Of a stretch of 64,000 bases of DNA, positions 12,803 to 25,034 are shown piece after piece. The stretch is from Mobula hypostoma (taxonomy: Eukaryota). How positions within the stretch are numbered: the stretch's first letter is position 1; each line of letters begins with the position of its first letter. The position numbers were made by a program, and so were the translations under genes. The notes beneath the pieces were generated by a model. The model ran no database searches, had not been told where the DNA came from, and saw nothing but the letters and a program-made list of their open reading frames with translations. The stretch is from positions 95,296,001 to 95,360,000 of the forward strand of contig NC_086097.1 of the NCBI RefSeq assembly GCF_963921235.1. Reading direction: 5' to 3'.

Positions 12803-14099
12803 CAAAGTGTATGCAAACTTCTGACCCACCGGGAAAGTGATGAAAGAAATAAAAGCTGAAATAAATCATTCTCTCTACTATTATTCTGACATTTCACGTT
12901 CTTAAAATAAAGTACAGGGTAGTGATCCTAACTGACCTAAGACAGGGAATGTTTTCTCGGATTAAATGTCAGGAATTGTGAAAAACTGAGTTTAAATGTA
13001 TTGGCTAAGGCATATGTGAACTTCTGACTTCAACTGTAGGTAGAGGTGCTGAGGAAGCAATACAATTGCAGCAGGACTTAGACAAATTGGAAGAATGGGC
13101 AAAAAAGTAGCAGATGGAATACAGTGTTGGGAAATGCATGATAATGCATTTTGGTAGAAGGAACGATAGTACAGACTATTATCTAAATGGGGAGAAAATT
13201 CAAACATCAGACGTGCAGGGGGATTTAGGAGTCCTCATGCAAGACTCCCAGAAAGTTAACTTACAGTTTGAGCCTGTGGTAAAGAAGGCAAATGCAACGT
13301 TGGCATTTATTTCAAGAGGAACAGAGTATAAAGTCAAAGAGATAATGCTGAGCCTTTATAAGACACTAGTCAGGCGCACTTGGAGTATTGTCAATAGTTT
13401 TGGGCCCCATATCTCAGCAAGGATGTGTTGTCATTGGAGGGAGTCCAGAGGAGGTTCACAAGGATAATTCTAGGAATGAAGGGGTTAACATCTGAGGAGC
13501 ATTTAGCAGCATTGAGCCTGTACTCACTGGAATGCAGGGGGATCTCACTGAAACCTACCAAACGTTAAAAGGACTAAGGGGAGTGGATGAGGAGAGGATC
13601 TTTCCTATGGTGGGGTTATCCAGAACTAGAGGGCACAGCCTCAAAATTGAGGGGTGATGTTTTAGAACAGAGTAGAGTAGTTTTTTTTTTAAGAGAGAGA
13701 GTAGTGAATCTGTGGAATGCTCTGCAACAGACTGCGGTGGAGGCCAAGTACATGGGTATATTTAAGGCAGAAGTTGATAGTTTCCTGATCAGTCAGGGCT
13801 TCAAATGTTATGGCGAGAAGGCAGGTGTATGAGGTTGAGTGGGATCTGAGATCAGCCATGATGAAATGGCGGAGCAGACTCGATCGTATGAATGGCCTAA
13901 TTCTGCTCCTATGTCGTATGGTCTGTTATTGATTCTATTGTGTGTCTTGGATATACTCTTATGCCTGCAAGAAAATGAATCTCAGGGTTGTCTATGGTGT
14001 CATATATGTACTTTGATAATAGAGTTACATTGAACATCTTTATTGTCTGAAGCACAGTATGCATTAGCAGTGAAACCATGTTAGAACTGTATAAAACAT

Positions 14100-14325
14100 A
14101 AACAAAAAAATTGCTGGAAACACTCAGCAAGTCAGGCAGCATCTATAGAGATTAATGGCCTTTCATCAGATTTGGAAAAGGAAGAAAGCAAGTGGATTTT
14201 AATTTGCAGAATCATGCAAGGATGTATAAAGCTTCTCCTTATCATGATGCTGCCTTAACCTGTTAAATGTTTGAAACATTTCCTGTTTTTATTTCAGATT
14301 TCCAATATCTAGAGTTCTGTTTTTA
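14100..14325. mobile_element. Old fold-back PLE-terminus remnant
   Basis: tgctggaaacactcagcaagtcaggcagcatc opposite gatgctgccttaacctg..atttcagatttcc. Confidence 0.55.
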
Positions 14326-17300
14326 CTTTCAATTTGTGCGCAAAACATTAGGTCACAATTAGTGCACTGCACACAATTCTGGTCACAGCACAACCAGAAG
14401 GATATGATAGCCCTCGAGAGGGTGCATAGGAGATTTACAAGATGTTCCCAGCACCAGAGGGTTTTTGCAGTGACAAGAGACAATCTGAGATGGTTTTGTC
14501 GGGATCATTGAAAAGAACCAATCTCATCACCTGTTTGATAACATTCCACTGAAATGACTTGGAACATATATTACATTAAAAGTGCCATAAAAATACCAGC
14601 CTTTATTACTGGGGAACTAATACAGGTACTACATTCACTGGGGCAAAAGCAGATGCTCATCCAATGTAGCTGCTCTCCCATAAAGTATATTCTATGCATC
14701 TTCCCACAGAACTGCTGACTGAAGCAAAACAGTACAAATAAGGCAAGTGAAAGCACATAATGAAAAAAAAGTTAACATCATTATTGGCCAGAGAAAAATC
14801 AAGATACGTTTAAGAGGAGAGCTTTTTTTCTTTGGATATGTTGGCTTAGCTGATAGAACACTTCCCTCTGAGATTGTTGAGACCCCTTTCAGGGATCAAT
14901 TCTGACACCCCTCGTGAGTGAGCCATTCCCAGAGGTGTGTCTTTTGGACAGCACACTAAAATCTGTCCCCTTCTACACCTTTAGGACATAAAAAGCTCCC
15001 TGGTATTGTTCTAAAATGGAGCAGGAGGTTTCTCCATTTTGTCCTGACTAATACTGGTTCAGAGAGATAGGAGCCAGTGTTCTCAGCTAGAGACTTAAGT
15101 TTGAATCACACCACTGCACTGTCGGTAATGGCGATCACAAAACAACAGGAACACTTACCTGGTACACACACATCTTCCAGAAAATGAAATCTGCCATTCT
15201 CCCCCAGTCTGGCTAGAATGAGACTCTTGCCCAACAATGTAGGTGACACTTTAATTGTCTCAGTTCTGGGACAATCAAGGATGGACAATAAATGTTGACA
15301 CTGGCAGCAACATCTACATCCAGCGAACAAATGATTAGAGGGTGAAGAACATGCTGCAAGCCTCACAGAGACCAATGTCATCACTGGGGTGGGAGAGAAC
15401 AAGCCCAACTTATCCAACAGCTGGGACAAATGATGACAACAGTACAGCCACTCTCCCAAAAATATTAACAATAGAATCAATAAAGCTATGTAATTTTAAA
15501 ATATTAAAAATTAAAACATCTAGAATTATTAAAATGCTGAACAAAGCTCAATTCATTTTAACTTAATTTAACTTTAATTGACTACTTTGTACCTTTCTTC
15601 CTTACACCTATTCTTCTCCAGTAAGTATGGGCTCGCTATTTCTGAACTTGGTAATTCCACATTCTTTCGCTAAGGTCCAATGTTGGAGTGGAGTTGAGGT
15701 TCTAGCAGGAAACCTCTCAAATTTCCTGACACCTACTGGGTAACTATTGGTAGTTCAGCATAGACCTGCCAGCATTTCTCAGCAAATTCACACCCAGTTC
15801 TCTTTAAACAGATATCAGTAATTACTTCTTTATTTCCTTATGATACAGGAACCATTTGGCCCAACAAGTCTACGCCAACTCATAGAGCAATGCCATTCCC
15901 CTGCTAATTTCCCACGTAACCTATTCTCCCCATATTTCCACTCACTTACAGTAGGAGCAATTTATAATGGCCATTTCACCTACCAGTCTGCATGGCTTTG
16001 AGGTGCAAAAGGAAGCCAGACCCCTGGGGAAAGTTGTAGGGCACCCAAGTGGAATACGAGTTGCTGTTCTTCTAATTCATGTTAACAGTGGAGAAAGCTC
16101 AGAGCACACAGATAGGTGCGTCAATGGGGAAGCAAATTAAAATGATGGCTTGACGTTGGTAGTGGGTGAAGGGAAGAGAAAGGTGTTTGTGGTAGACAGG
16201 CCAAGGAGACACAAGACACTGCAGATGCTGGAATGTGGAGCAACACAGTGCTGGAGGAACTCAGCAGGTCAGACTGCCATGAATCCATAGTTATTGGTGC
16301 CAGGGTAGGACACCTTACGACTCATGGTTGCACCAACGCAATACTTTTCCCCATCACACTTTCCTCCTATCTGATTTTCCTCGTCTCTCCACAGAAACTA
16401 ACAAAGGTCGATTTTGATCCATCGAAGAACTATCCGTGCTGTCATTATATTACCAGAGGTTGCTAGCTGAAACTACCGAAATTGAAATTAATTAACAATA
16501 TGGCACCAGCAGCAGAACTGCCTCGTCCCCATAGGAACCAATTTTTGCATGACCCAGCTGAACAAATACGGGACGATTAGACATACCCCCAAGTGGCAGC
16601 TAAACAACTTGCTTAGAGTCAAGGAATGTTCCTTTCTCATCCCAATGGAAAAGTTAATTGCTGGCCTGGAGAGAGCCAAGCATAATGATTTCCTTATATA
16701 AACATGAGGTCCACTATCGGCAGCCAACACAAAGAAACAGAGATGACTACTCCGACAAACACTATATTGCGATGGCCTTTCTCTTCCCTAACAAAATATT
16801 TTGTTTGTCGATAGTGAGGACAGGAAAACTGGGAAGCCAGGTACACTGGCTGCCCTCTCTCCCTTCGATAATATTTTCTGTAAAAGGGTCCAGCAAAACT
16901 TACATAATGAAACCCTCGAGGCGATGGGGGAGGAAGGAAGAAAGAAAAAAATGAGTTAAATCTTTGACCAGACACAATTTATGAGTGGGGGTGGGGGAAG
17001 CAAAAATAAACATTTCACTCTCCAGAAAGTATGAGGTAGAGCCTGCTATATTCATCAAATGCCAGTGGAAACAGTCTCATTCAAGGCCAATTTTGAGCGC
17101 ATGTTCCTTTCAATAAATATTTTGATTCCATTAGTCGAACAGCTGGCAAAGTGTCTGAACCACAATTGTTTTAGCTTTCAGTAAGAGTGTACCAACAGAT
17201 CTCATTCACAGTTACATGATCCCTCTTTACAAGCTCAAATCTCCAAAGCGTTGTGAAGCCTGTTATTTACTGTTTGGAGGGAGGAGAGCAAGAAGCTCCG

Positions 17301-17644
17301 CACCTGTTAACCCTTTGGATACCAATGTTTACTGCTTGTCTCCTCTGCTTTTGCTGCTGGTTCCTTCTACAGCCCAAACCGTCCAACCGGTTCCACCATG
17401 TTGGAGCAGCTCTTATTTGTCTCAAACATTTATACGAAAGCCACGTGAGCAAAGCAAAGTAGCTTAGATGGTTCTCGCGAGAGCAGAGAAGTTCTGATTA
17501 GAAACAGTTTTGATGGAGGTAATAGGGAGACACTGTTGAACTGTTTCTACTACCAGAACAGTCTGCATAAAGAATTAATATAACTTGCAAAAGAGCAAGA
17601 GGAACAAGAGGAGAAATTCTTTGAAAAGTAAATTTCTCACTGGG

Positions 17645-18650
17645 AGACTACAGTCTGTGTGGATCAGAAATACATCTTCACCTCGCTGATAATCAAAACT
17701 GGCACATCTTCACAATGTGTGCTTAGTCCACTATTCTACTCTCTCTACACCTATGACTGTATGGCTAGGCATGGCTCAAATGCCATCTATAAATTTGCTA
17801 ACGGCACAACAATTGTTGGCAGAATTTCAGATGGTGATGAGAAGGCATACAAGAATGAGGTAGGTCAGTAGGTGTTTGAGTGGTATTGTAGCAACAACCT
17901 TGCATTGTGTCAGTAAGACCAAAGAATTGATTGTGGACTTCAGAAAGGGTAAGATGAAGAAACACACACCAGTCCTCATCGAGGGATCAGAAGTGGAAAA
18001 GGTGAACAATTTCAATTTCCTGGGTGTCAATATTTCTGAGGATCTATCCTGGGTCCAACATATCAATGCAGTTACAAAGAAGGCACAACAGTGCTATAAT
18101 TCATTAGTTCGAGAGGATTTGGTATGCCACCAAAGACACTCACAAATTTCTACAGCAGAAGTACCGTGGAGTGCGTTCTAATTGGCTGCATCACTGTCTG
18201 GCACAATGGGATGCACTGCAGAGGATCAAATAAGCTGCAGAAAGTTGTGAACTCAGTCAGCTCCATCATGGACACTAGTCTCTTCAGCATCCAGGACATC
18301 TTCAAGGAATGATGCCTCAAAAAGGTGGCATCCATCATTACGAACCCCTCTCACCCAGGAGATGCTCTCTTCTCATTGCTACCATCAAGGAGGAGGTAGA
18401 GCAGCCTGAAGACACATACTCAACGATACAGGAACAGCTTCTTCCCCTCTGCCATCAGATTTCTGAATGGATATTGAAGCCATGGACACTACCTCACTAC
18501 TTCGTTTTCTCTTTTTGCACTACTTACTGGATTTAACTTTTAAAATATATATACATATACTTCCTACTGCAATTTACAGTTTTACTATGTATTGCAATGT
18601 ACTGATCCCACATAACGGCAGATGACAGTGATATTAAAACTGATTCTGAT
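17645..18650 (+). mobile_element. Rex1/Babar LINE 3' portion
   Basis: Q.CVLSPLFYSLYTYDC, IYKFANGTTIVGRI, SKTKELIVDFRK, FLGVNISEDLSW; tail aaaactgattctgat. Confidence 0.85.
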
Positions 18651-19100
18651 CTGGAATGCACTGCATGAGAGCGGAGTGGAACCAGATGCCATGACATTCC
18701 TCAGAAGGAAATTGGATTAGTAATTCAAGGGGAAACTGCAGAGCGATGGGTAAGGATCAGGAAGAGATTTATGGCCACAATTACTTTAAGTGCTGTATGA
18801 TACCATGATTCACTGTGCGTCAGGCATATTCAAGGTAAAGAATCCACGTTAAAGATGACTCAATGTTTAAACAATCACTGAACTGTTACAGCATAGGAGT
18901 TACCCGTAAGTTCATATCAGCACTTTGTAAAGCAATCGCATCAGTCCCCCTGTACACTTGCACACTACTCTCCCCAGCTTATCCAAATTTGCTTTTGTTT
19001 CTACCAGAATCATAGGTAGCAACTTTCTTGATCAGTACAACACTATTTTCTCACACCTTTCGTGCATTTTGAAGTTGTGTTCCCTGGACAATGAACCATT

Positions 19101-19293
19101 CTCCCAATGTGGCCTTCTATATATTGGCGACACCCGACGCAGACTGGGAGACCGTTTCGCTGAACTCCCAATGTGGCCTTCTATGTATTGGCGAGACCCG
19201 ACGCAGACTAGGAGATAATTTCGCTGAACTCCCGATGTGGCCTTCTATATACTGGGCAAGACCTAACGCAGACTGGGAGACTGTTTCACAGAA
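19101..19293 (+). repeat. Three tandem 64-65 bp copies of the YIG-coding segment
   Basis: Units 19101-19164, 19165-19228 and 19229-19293, each starting ctccc(a/g)atgtggccttcta. Confidence 0.95.
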
Positions 19294-19790
19294 CACCTAT
19301 GTTCTGCTCGCCAGAGAAAGCAGGATCTCCCAGTGGCCATACATTTTAATTCCACATCCCATTCCCATTCTGTTATGTCTATCCACGGCCTCCTCTACTG
19401 TAAAGATGAAGCCACACTCAGGTTGGAGGAACAACACCTTATATTCCGTCTGGGTAGCCTCCAACCTGATGGCATGAACATTGACTTCTCAAACTTCTGC
19501 TAATGCCCCACCTCCCCCTCGTACCCCATCCGTTATTTATTTATATACACACATTCTTTTTCTCTCTCTCCTTTTTCTCCCTCTGTCCCTCTCACTATAC
19601 CCCTTGCCCATCCTCTGGTCCCACCCCTTTCTTTCTCCCTGGGCCTCTGGTCCCATGATCCTCTCATATCCCTTTTGCCAATCAACTGTCCAGCTCTTGG
19701 CTCCATTCCTCCCCCTCCTGTCTTCTCCTATCATTTTGGATCTCCCCCTCCTCCTCCCACTTTCAACTCTCTTACTATCTCTTCTTTCAG

Positions 19791-19829
19791 TTAGTCCTGA
19801 CGAAGGGTCTCGGCCCGAAACGTCAACTG
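19791..19829 (+). ncRNA. Minimal hammerhead ribozyme motif (PLE family A)
   Basis: agtc-CTGACGA-a-gggtc/tc/ggccc-GAAAC-GTC-aact; core intact, one helix I mismatch. Confidence 0.75.
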
Positions 19830-20688
19830 TACCTCTTCCTAGAGATGCTGCCTGGCCTGCTGCGTTCACCAGCAACTTTGATGTTTGTTGCTTGAACCAT
19901 TCTTTTCTCTTTGTTCACCCCATCTAAAACAGTCACAATCATCTTATTACTCCGAATTCTCCTCCAAATCTCTGTGCACTGACAGCACAGCCTCGGCTTC
20001 TGGTTTAACTGAAGCTGAAATGTTGCAGCGCCTAAACCATTCCAATAAATGCATTTTGCACCCTCTCACATTCTCCTTAAATTGTAATAAAGGGAAAAGC
20101 AGAAAAAAATAGAAATAGGGGTAGGCCACTCAGACCGATGAGCCTCCTTTCACTCATATGCAATACACTAGTTGAGACCTAGCCAACGTTTTATAAAGGT
20201 GCAACCTAACTTCCCTCTGACACCTTTATTTATGATGGACAGTCTTCCATATGCTTTACTCACCACTTGCATTTATACTCGTGTATATCCAGGCCCCTTG
20301 CCCCTTCCCACTTCTTAAAGCTAGTCTATTTCTATCTCTTGTTCTTGAGGCAGGGTAAGGATCACAGGGTGAAGTAAACAAGAGAAGTGTAACACCAAGT
20401 CAAGAGGAACAAGGGAGCAAGCTTAAGGTTTAGGAAGCAAGAGTCATAAAGTTACAAAGGAGCCAGTAAGGAGCTTAAGAATTGACTAAGGAAAGCAAGT
20501 AACAGACATGAGAAGGCCTTGGTGAGTAGGGTTAGGAAAAACCCAAAGCAGTCTATACATGAGTAAAGAATAGGAGGATGACTAGAGTGGGATTGAACTG
20601 ATCAGGGATAATAACGAGAAATAATATGTGCCTGAGGTCTGTGGTGAGGGGGTGGGGGATCTTTAATGAATATTTTGCTTCGGTATTG

Positions 20689-20766
20689 CAGGGGTTCCTA
20701 ACCTTTCTAATGCCATGGACCCCTGCCATTAACCAAGGGGTCTGTGGACCCCAGGTTGGGAAACCG
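20689..20766. mobile_element. Small hAT-type MITE
   Basis: Termini caggggttcctaacc / ggttgggaaacc; related copy at 40887-40937. Confidence 0.55.
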
Positions 20767-21075
20767 AGTGAGAGGGAGATTGATGAATAGGAGGACAGCA
20801 CAGAACAGAACAGGCTAAGATGGTGGAACATATTAACATTAATAAAGAGGATGTACTACAACTTTGGAAAAACATTTGGATAGAAAAGTCCCCAGGGCCG
20901 GACAGGATAGATCCCAAGTTGGTAGGAAGGGATGGAAGATATTGCTGCACCTTTGGCAATGATCTTTTTGCATTCTCATTGGCCACAGGAGTAGTACCTG
21001 AAGACTGGAGGGTGGCAAAAGTTATTTGTTTGCTCCAGAAAGATAATAGTAATAACCTTGGGAATTATAGACCGG

Positions 21076-21175
21076 CAACAAACACAAAATGCTGGAGGAA
21101 CTCAGCAGGCCAGGAAGCATCTATGGAAAAGATTAAACTGTCGATGTTTCAGGCCAAGACCCTTCATCAGAACTA
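21076..21175 (-). mobile_element. PLE family A terminus with hammerhead motif (21138-21174)
   Basis: Minus strand gtt-CTGATGA-a-gggtc/tt/ggcct-GAAAC-ATC-gac, followed by gatgcttcctggcctgctgagttcctccagcattttgtgt. Confidence 0.75.
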
Positions 21176-21354
21176 CTTGTTAGGATTTGGAGGGGAAGGT
21201 CATGCCTCACGAGCCTGACTGAATTCTTTGAGGAAGTGCCAAAACAATCTGATGAAGGTTGAGCAGTGCACGTGGTGTATGTGGACTTAAGTAAGGTGTT
21301 AGATAAGCTTCTCCTTGGTAGGCTCATTCAAAAAGTCAGGAGGCATGGATCTCT

Positions 21355-24300
21355 GCTTTCCTCCTCCTGAAGTCTATAAGGCTCCGTGGTCTAGCTGACA
21401 TTCAATAAAAGGTTGTGGTTATCACACCACTCAGACAGATTTTCATTCTCCCTCCTATATGCTGGTTCTTCACCACCTTTGATTTGACTTACGACAGTTG
21501 CGTCATCAGCAAAGTTGAATATGGCAATAGAGCTGTGTTTAGCCTCACAGTCTTAAGTGTAATGTAAGTAGAGCAGGGAGCTAAGCACACAGCCTTGTGG
21601 TGAACCTGTGTTGATGGAGATTGTAGAGAAGATTTAGTTGCCAATCCGAACTGACTGGGGTCTGCAAATAAGGAGATCGAAAACTCAATTGCACAGGGAG
21701 GTATTGAAAACAAGGTCCTGGAGCTTATTGGTTAGCTTTGATGGGATAATGATATTGAATGCTGAGTAGTAGTCAATAAAGGGCATCCTGATGTATGCAT
21801 CTTTTAGAAACATAGACAACCTACAGCACAATACAGGCCCTTCGGCCCACAAGGCTGTGCTGAACGTGTCCTTACCTTAGAAATTACCTAGGGTCACCCA
21901 TAGTCCTCTATTTTTCTAAGCTCCATGTACCTATTGAGGAGTCTCTTAAATTTTCAGTCTAGATGTTCCAGGGTTGAGTGAAGAGTCAATGAGATGGCAT
22001 TTGCTGTGGACCCATTGCTCCAGTAAGCAAATTGGAGCAGATTTAAGTCGCTTCTCAGGCAGGAGTCGATATTTTCATCACCAACTGTTCAAAATACTTG
22101 ATTACTGTGGAATAGTGATTGGGGAATAGTCACTGAGGTACGTCACCACGCTCTTCTTGGGCACAAGTATAATTGAAGCCTGCTTGAAGCAACTGGGTAC
22201 AACACACCTGAAGTGAGAGGTCAAAGATCTCAGTGAACACACCAGCCCAGATCCACACAGGTCTTTAGTACTTGGCCAGGTATCCCATTTGGGCTGAATG
22301 CTTTCCATGGGTTTACCCTCCCGAAGGCTGATCACATGTTGGCTCTAGAGACTGAAATCATAGGATCAATGAGGGATGTGGGAGTTCATGATGGTTTGAT
22401 GGTCAAAATGAGCATAGAAGGCACTGAGCTTATCCGGAAGCAAAGCCCTGCTGTCTCCTATGATGCTTAATTTAATTTCATAAGAGGTGACAGTATTCAA
22501 GCCCTGCCACAACTGTCAAGCATCCTTTGTTGATTCAAGTTTAGACCGGAATTGTCACTTCGCCCATGAGAAGGATTTGCAGAGGTTGTGCCTGGATTCT
22601 TGTAACTTTCTTGGTCACCAGACTCGAATGCTTCTGATCTGGCTCTCAGCAGATTTCGGATCTCATGGTTCATTCAGGGCTTCTGATTGGGGAAGACTCT
22701 GAATAATTCTGTGGGGACAGTCTCATCTACAGCTGTTTTAATAAAGTCCAGTACAACCATGGAGTATTCATTCACGTCATAAGAACATAAGAAATAGGAG
22801 CAGGAGTAGGCCATCCGGCCCATCAAGCCTGCTCTGCCATTCAATAAGATCATGGCCGATCCGGCCATGGACTCATCTCCACCTCCCTGCCTTTCCCCAT
22901 AATCCTATAATTCCCCTACTATGCAACAATCGATCCAACCTTGTCTTAAATATACAGTATTTACTGAGATAGCCTCACTGCTTCATTGGGCACAGAATTC
23001 CACAGATTCACCACTCTCTGGGAAAAGCAGTTCCTCCTCATCTCCATCCTAAATCTACTCCCTGAATCTTGAGGCTATATCCCCTGGTTCTAGTCTCACC
23101 TACCAGTGAAAACAACTTTCCTACCTCTATATTATCTATCCCTTTCATAATTTTACATTTCTATAAGATCTCCTCTTATTCTTCTGAATTCCAGCAAGTA
23201 CAGTCCCAGGCGACTCAATCTCTTCTCATAGTCTAACCCCCTCATCTCTGGAGTCAACCTGGTGCACCTCCTCTGCACCGCCTCCAAAGCGAGTGTATCC
23301 TTCCTCAAGTAAGGAGACCAGAACTGCGCACAGTACTCCAGGTGCGGCCTCACCAGTACCCCGTACAGTTGTAGCATGACCTCCCTGCTCTTGAATTCAA
23401 TCTCTCTAGCAATGAAGGCCAACATCCTATTTGCCTTCTTGATAGACTGCTGCACCTGCAAACCAACCTTTTGTGATTCATGCACAAGCACTCCCAAGTC
23501 CCTCTGCACAGCAGCATGTTGCAATTTTTTTTACCATTTAAATAATAATCTGCTCTTTCATTTTTCTTTCCAAAGTGGATGACTTCACATTTATCAACAT
23601 CGTACTCCATTTGTCAGACTCTTGCCCACTCACTTAACCTATCTATATCTCTCTGCAGACTCTCCGTATCTTCAGCACAATTTGCTTTTCCACTCTATTT
23701 AGTATCATCAGCAAACTTAGATACACGACACTCAGTCCCCTCTTCCAGATCGTTAATGTATATTGTGGACTGTTGCAGGCCCAGCACCGACCCCTGCAGC
23801 ACACCACTCACCACTGATTGCCAACCAGAGTAATACCTATGTATCCCAACTCTCTGCTTTCTATTAGTTAACCAATCCTCTATTCATGCTAATACACCAA
23901 CCCCAATCCTATCCATCCTTAGCCTATGGATAAGTCTTTTATGTGGCACCTTATTAAACGTCTTCTGAAAACCCAAGTAATTAATGTCCACCTGTTCCCC
24001 TCTATCCACTGTGTTTGCTATATCCTCAAGATCCTCAGAAGAGTCCTTGAACATGGCCCAGTCCACTGACTGGAGGCAATTCTGTGGCTGCTCCGCTGCT
24101 TCCTGCGACCACCTCTTTGTTTTCCTAATTTCTGGAGCTTTTCTCTTTAGCCTCCGCTTGTATGGAGGTAGGTGAAGGACAGCCAAGTGATCAGATATCC
24201 CAAATGCGGTCTGGACATGGAATAGGCATTCCTCAGCTTAGTAAAACAGTGGTCTAATATGTAAGGAGCTCCGGTGCTACAGGTAATGGGGCAGGGTTTT

Positions 24301-24385
24301 CTTCAAACAAGCCTGATTGAAGTCTCCAACTCTGATCTGAAATACACTGAGATGGACAGTTTCTTGTTCGGAGACAGCATCATGA
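21355..24385 (-). mobile_element. Rex1/Babar LINE fragments (21355-22770, 24030-24385) split by CR1 insertions
   Basis: Minus frames: VPSCFKQASIILVPKKSVVTYLSDY, PQGCVLSSLLY, FRVFPNQKP, DHLAVLHLPPYKRRLK..QSVDWAMFKDSS. Confidence 0.8.
22780..24028 (-). mobile_element. CR1 LINE 3' portion
   Basis: FQKTFNKVPH, QRDLGVLVH, VRPHLEYCAQFWSPY; 3' end gatggcctactcctgctcctatttcttatgttcttatg. Confidence 0.9.
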
Positions 24386-25034
24386 CTGTTTGATTATAGC
24401 CTTGGCTATGTGGGTTCAGAATTGGCTTGTCCACAGAAGGCAGAGAGTAGTAGTAGATGGAGCGTATTCTACCTGGAGGTCAGTGACCAGTGGTGTTTGC
24501 AGAGATCTGTTCTGGGACCCTTGTTGTAACTGTTCAAAGCAGAGGAGCAAATTCCAGGATAACACTGAGAATTCTGAATCGATCAACTCAGAGCACACGA
24601 AAGCCCAGAGACAACAGTAGAAGCATCACCACCTATCTGTCAACCCGACCAAACGCCTCTGTCTCACTTGTCTAGGAACACCACATAGGCCTTACAGCCA
24701 TTTCAAAAACCAGTGAAATGGTGGCAGCAAGCCATTTCAACATAAATGGGCCCCCATGTAGAAGAATTTAGGACTAGTTTATCACAAACAATCCAACAAC
24801 ATGTGAGAAAGTGAGTCATAAATCGGACACAAAGGATTGAGAAAGGGTAAAATTAGGCAGATCAATTATAATGTGAAAATGTGAGGTTATCCATGTTGGT
24901 AGGAAGAATAGAAAAGCAGATTATTAAAATTTTGATTATATTCAACATCAGCGTTCAAAAAATCTGGGTGCTTCATAAAAACACTGTAAAGCAAGTAATT
25001 AGGAAGGTAAATCAAATGTTAGGTTTCATTGCCA

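Larger units (their letters stand above)
19101..19892 (+). mobile_element. 5'-truncated Penelope-like element (family A): GIY-YIG C-terminus plus terminal repeat
   Basis: SQCGLLYIG.TRRRLGDRFAE..HFNS..LEEQHLIFRLGSLQPDGMN; pyrimidine-rich UTR; hammerhead; TSD tgaaccattct at 19092-19102 and 19893-19903. Confidence 0.9.
20400..21350 (+). mobile_element. Decayed CR1 ORF2 fragment
   Basis: EKSPGPD, TGVVPEDWRVA, GNYRP, YMDLSKVLDKL motifs. Confidence 0.75.

Noticed and set aside
16904..16914. Possible 11-nt minus-strand microexon (..cctcgAG|GGTTTCATTAT|GTAAGT)
   Set aside because: GAG acceptor is rare and the length is not a multiple of three; no other support
19101..19293. Regularly spaced repeats superficially like a CRISPR array
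   Set aside because: They are head-to-tail tandem units with no unique spacers, they encode part of a PLE endonuclease, and the context is eukaryotic
24560..24720. Possible RTE-type C-terminal zinc-finger remnant (CLTC..HIGL)
   Set aside because: Too degenerate and frameshifted to call
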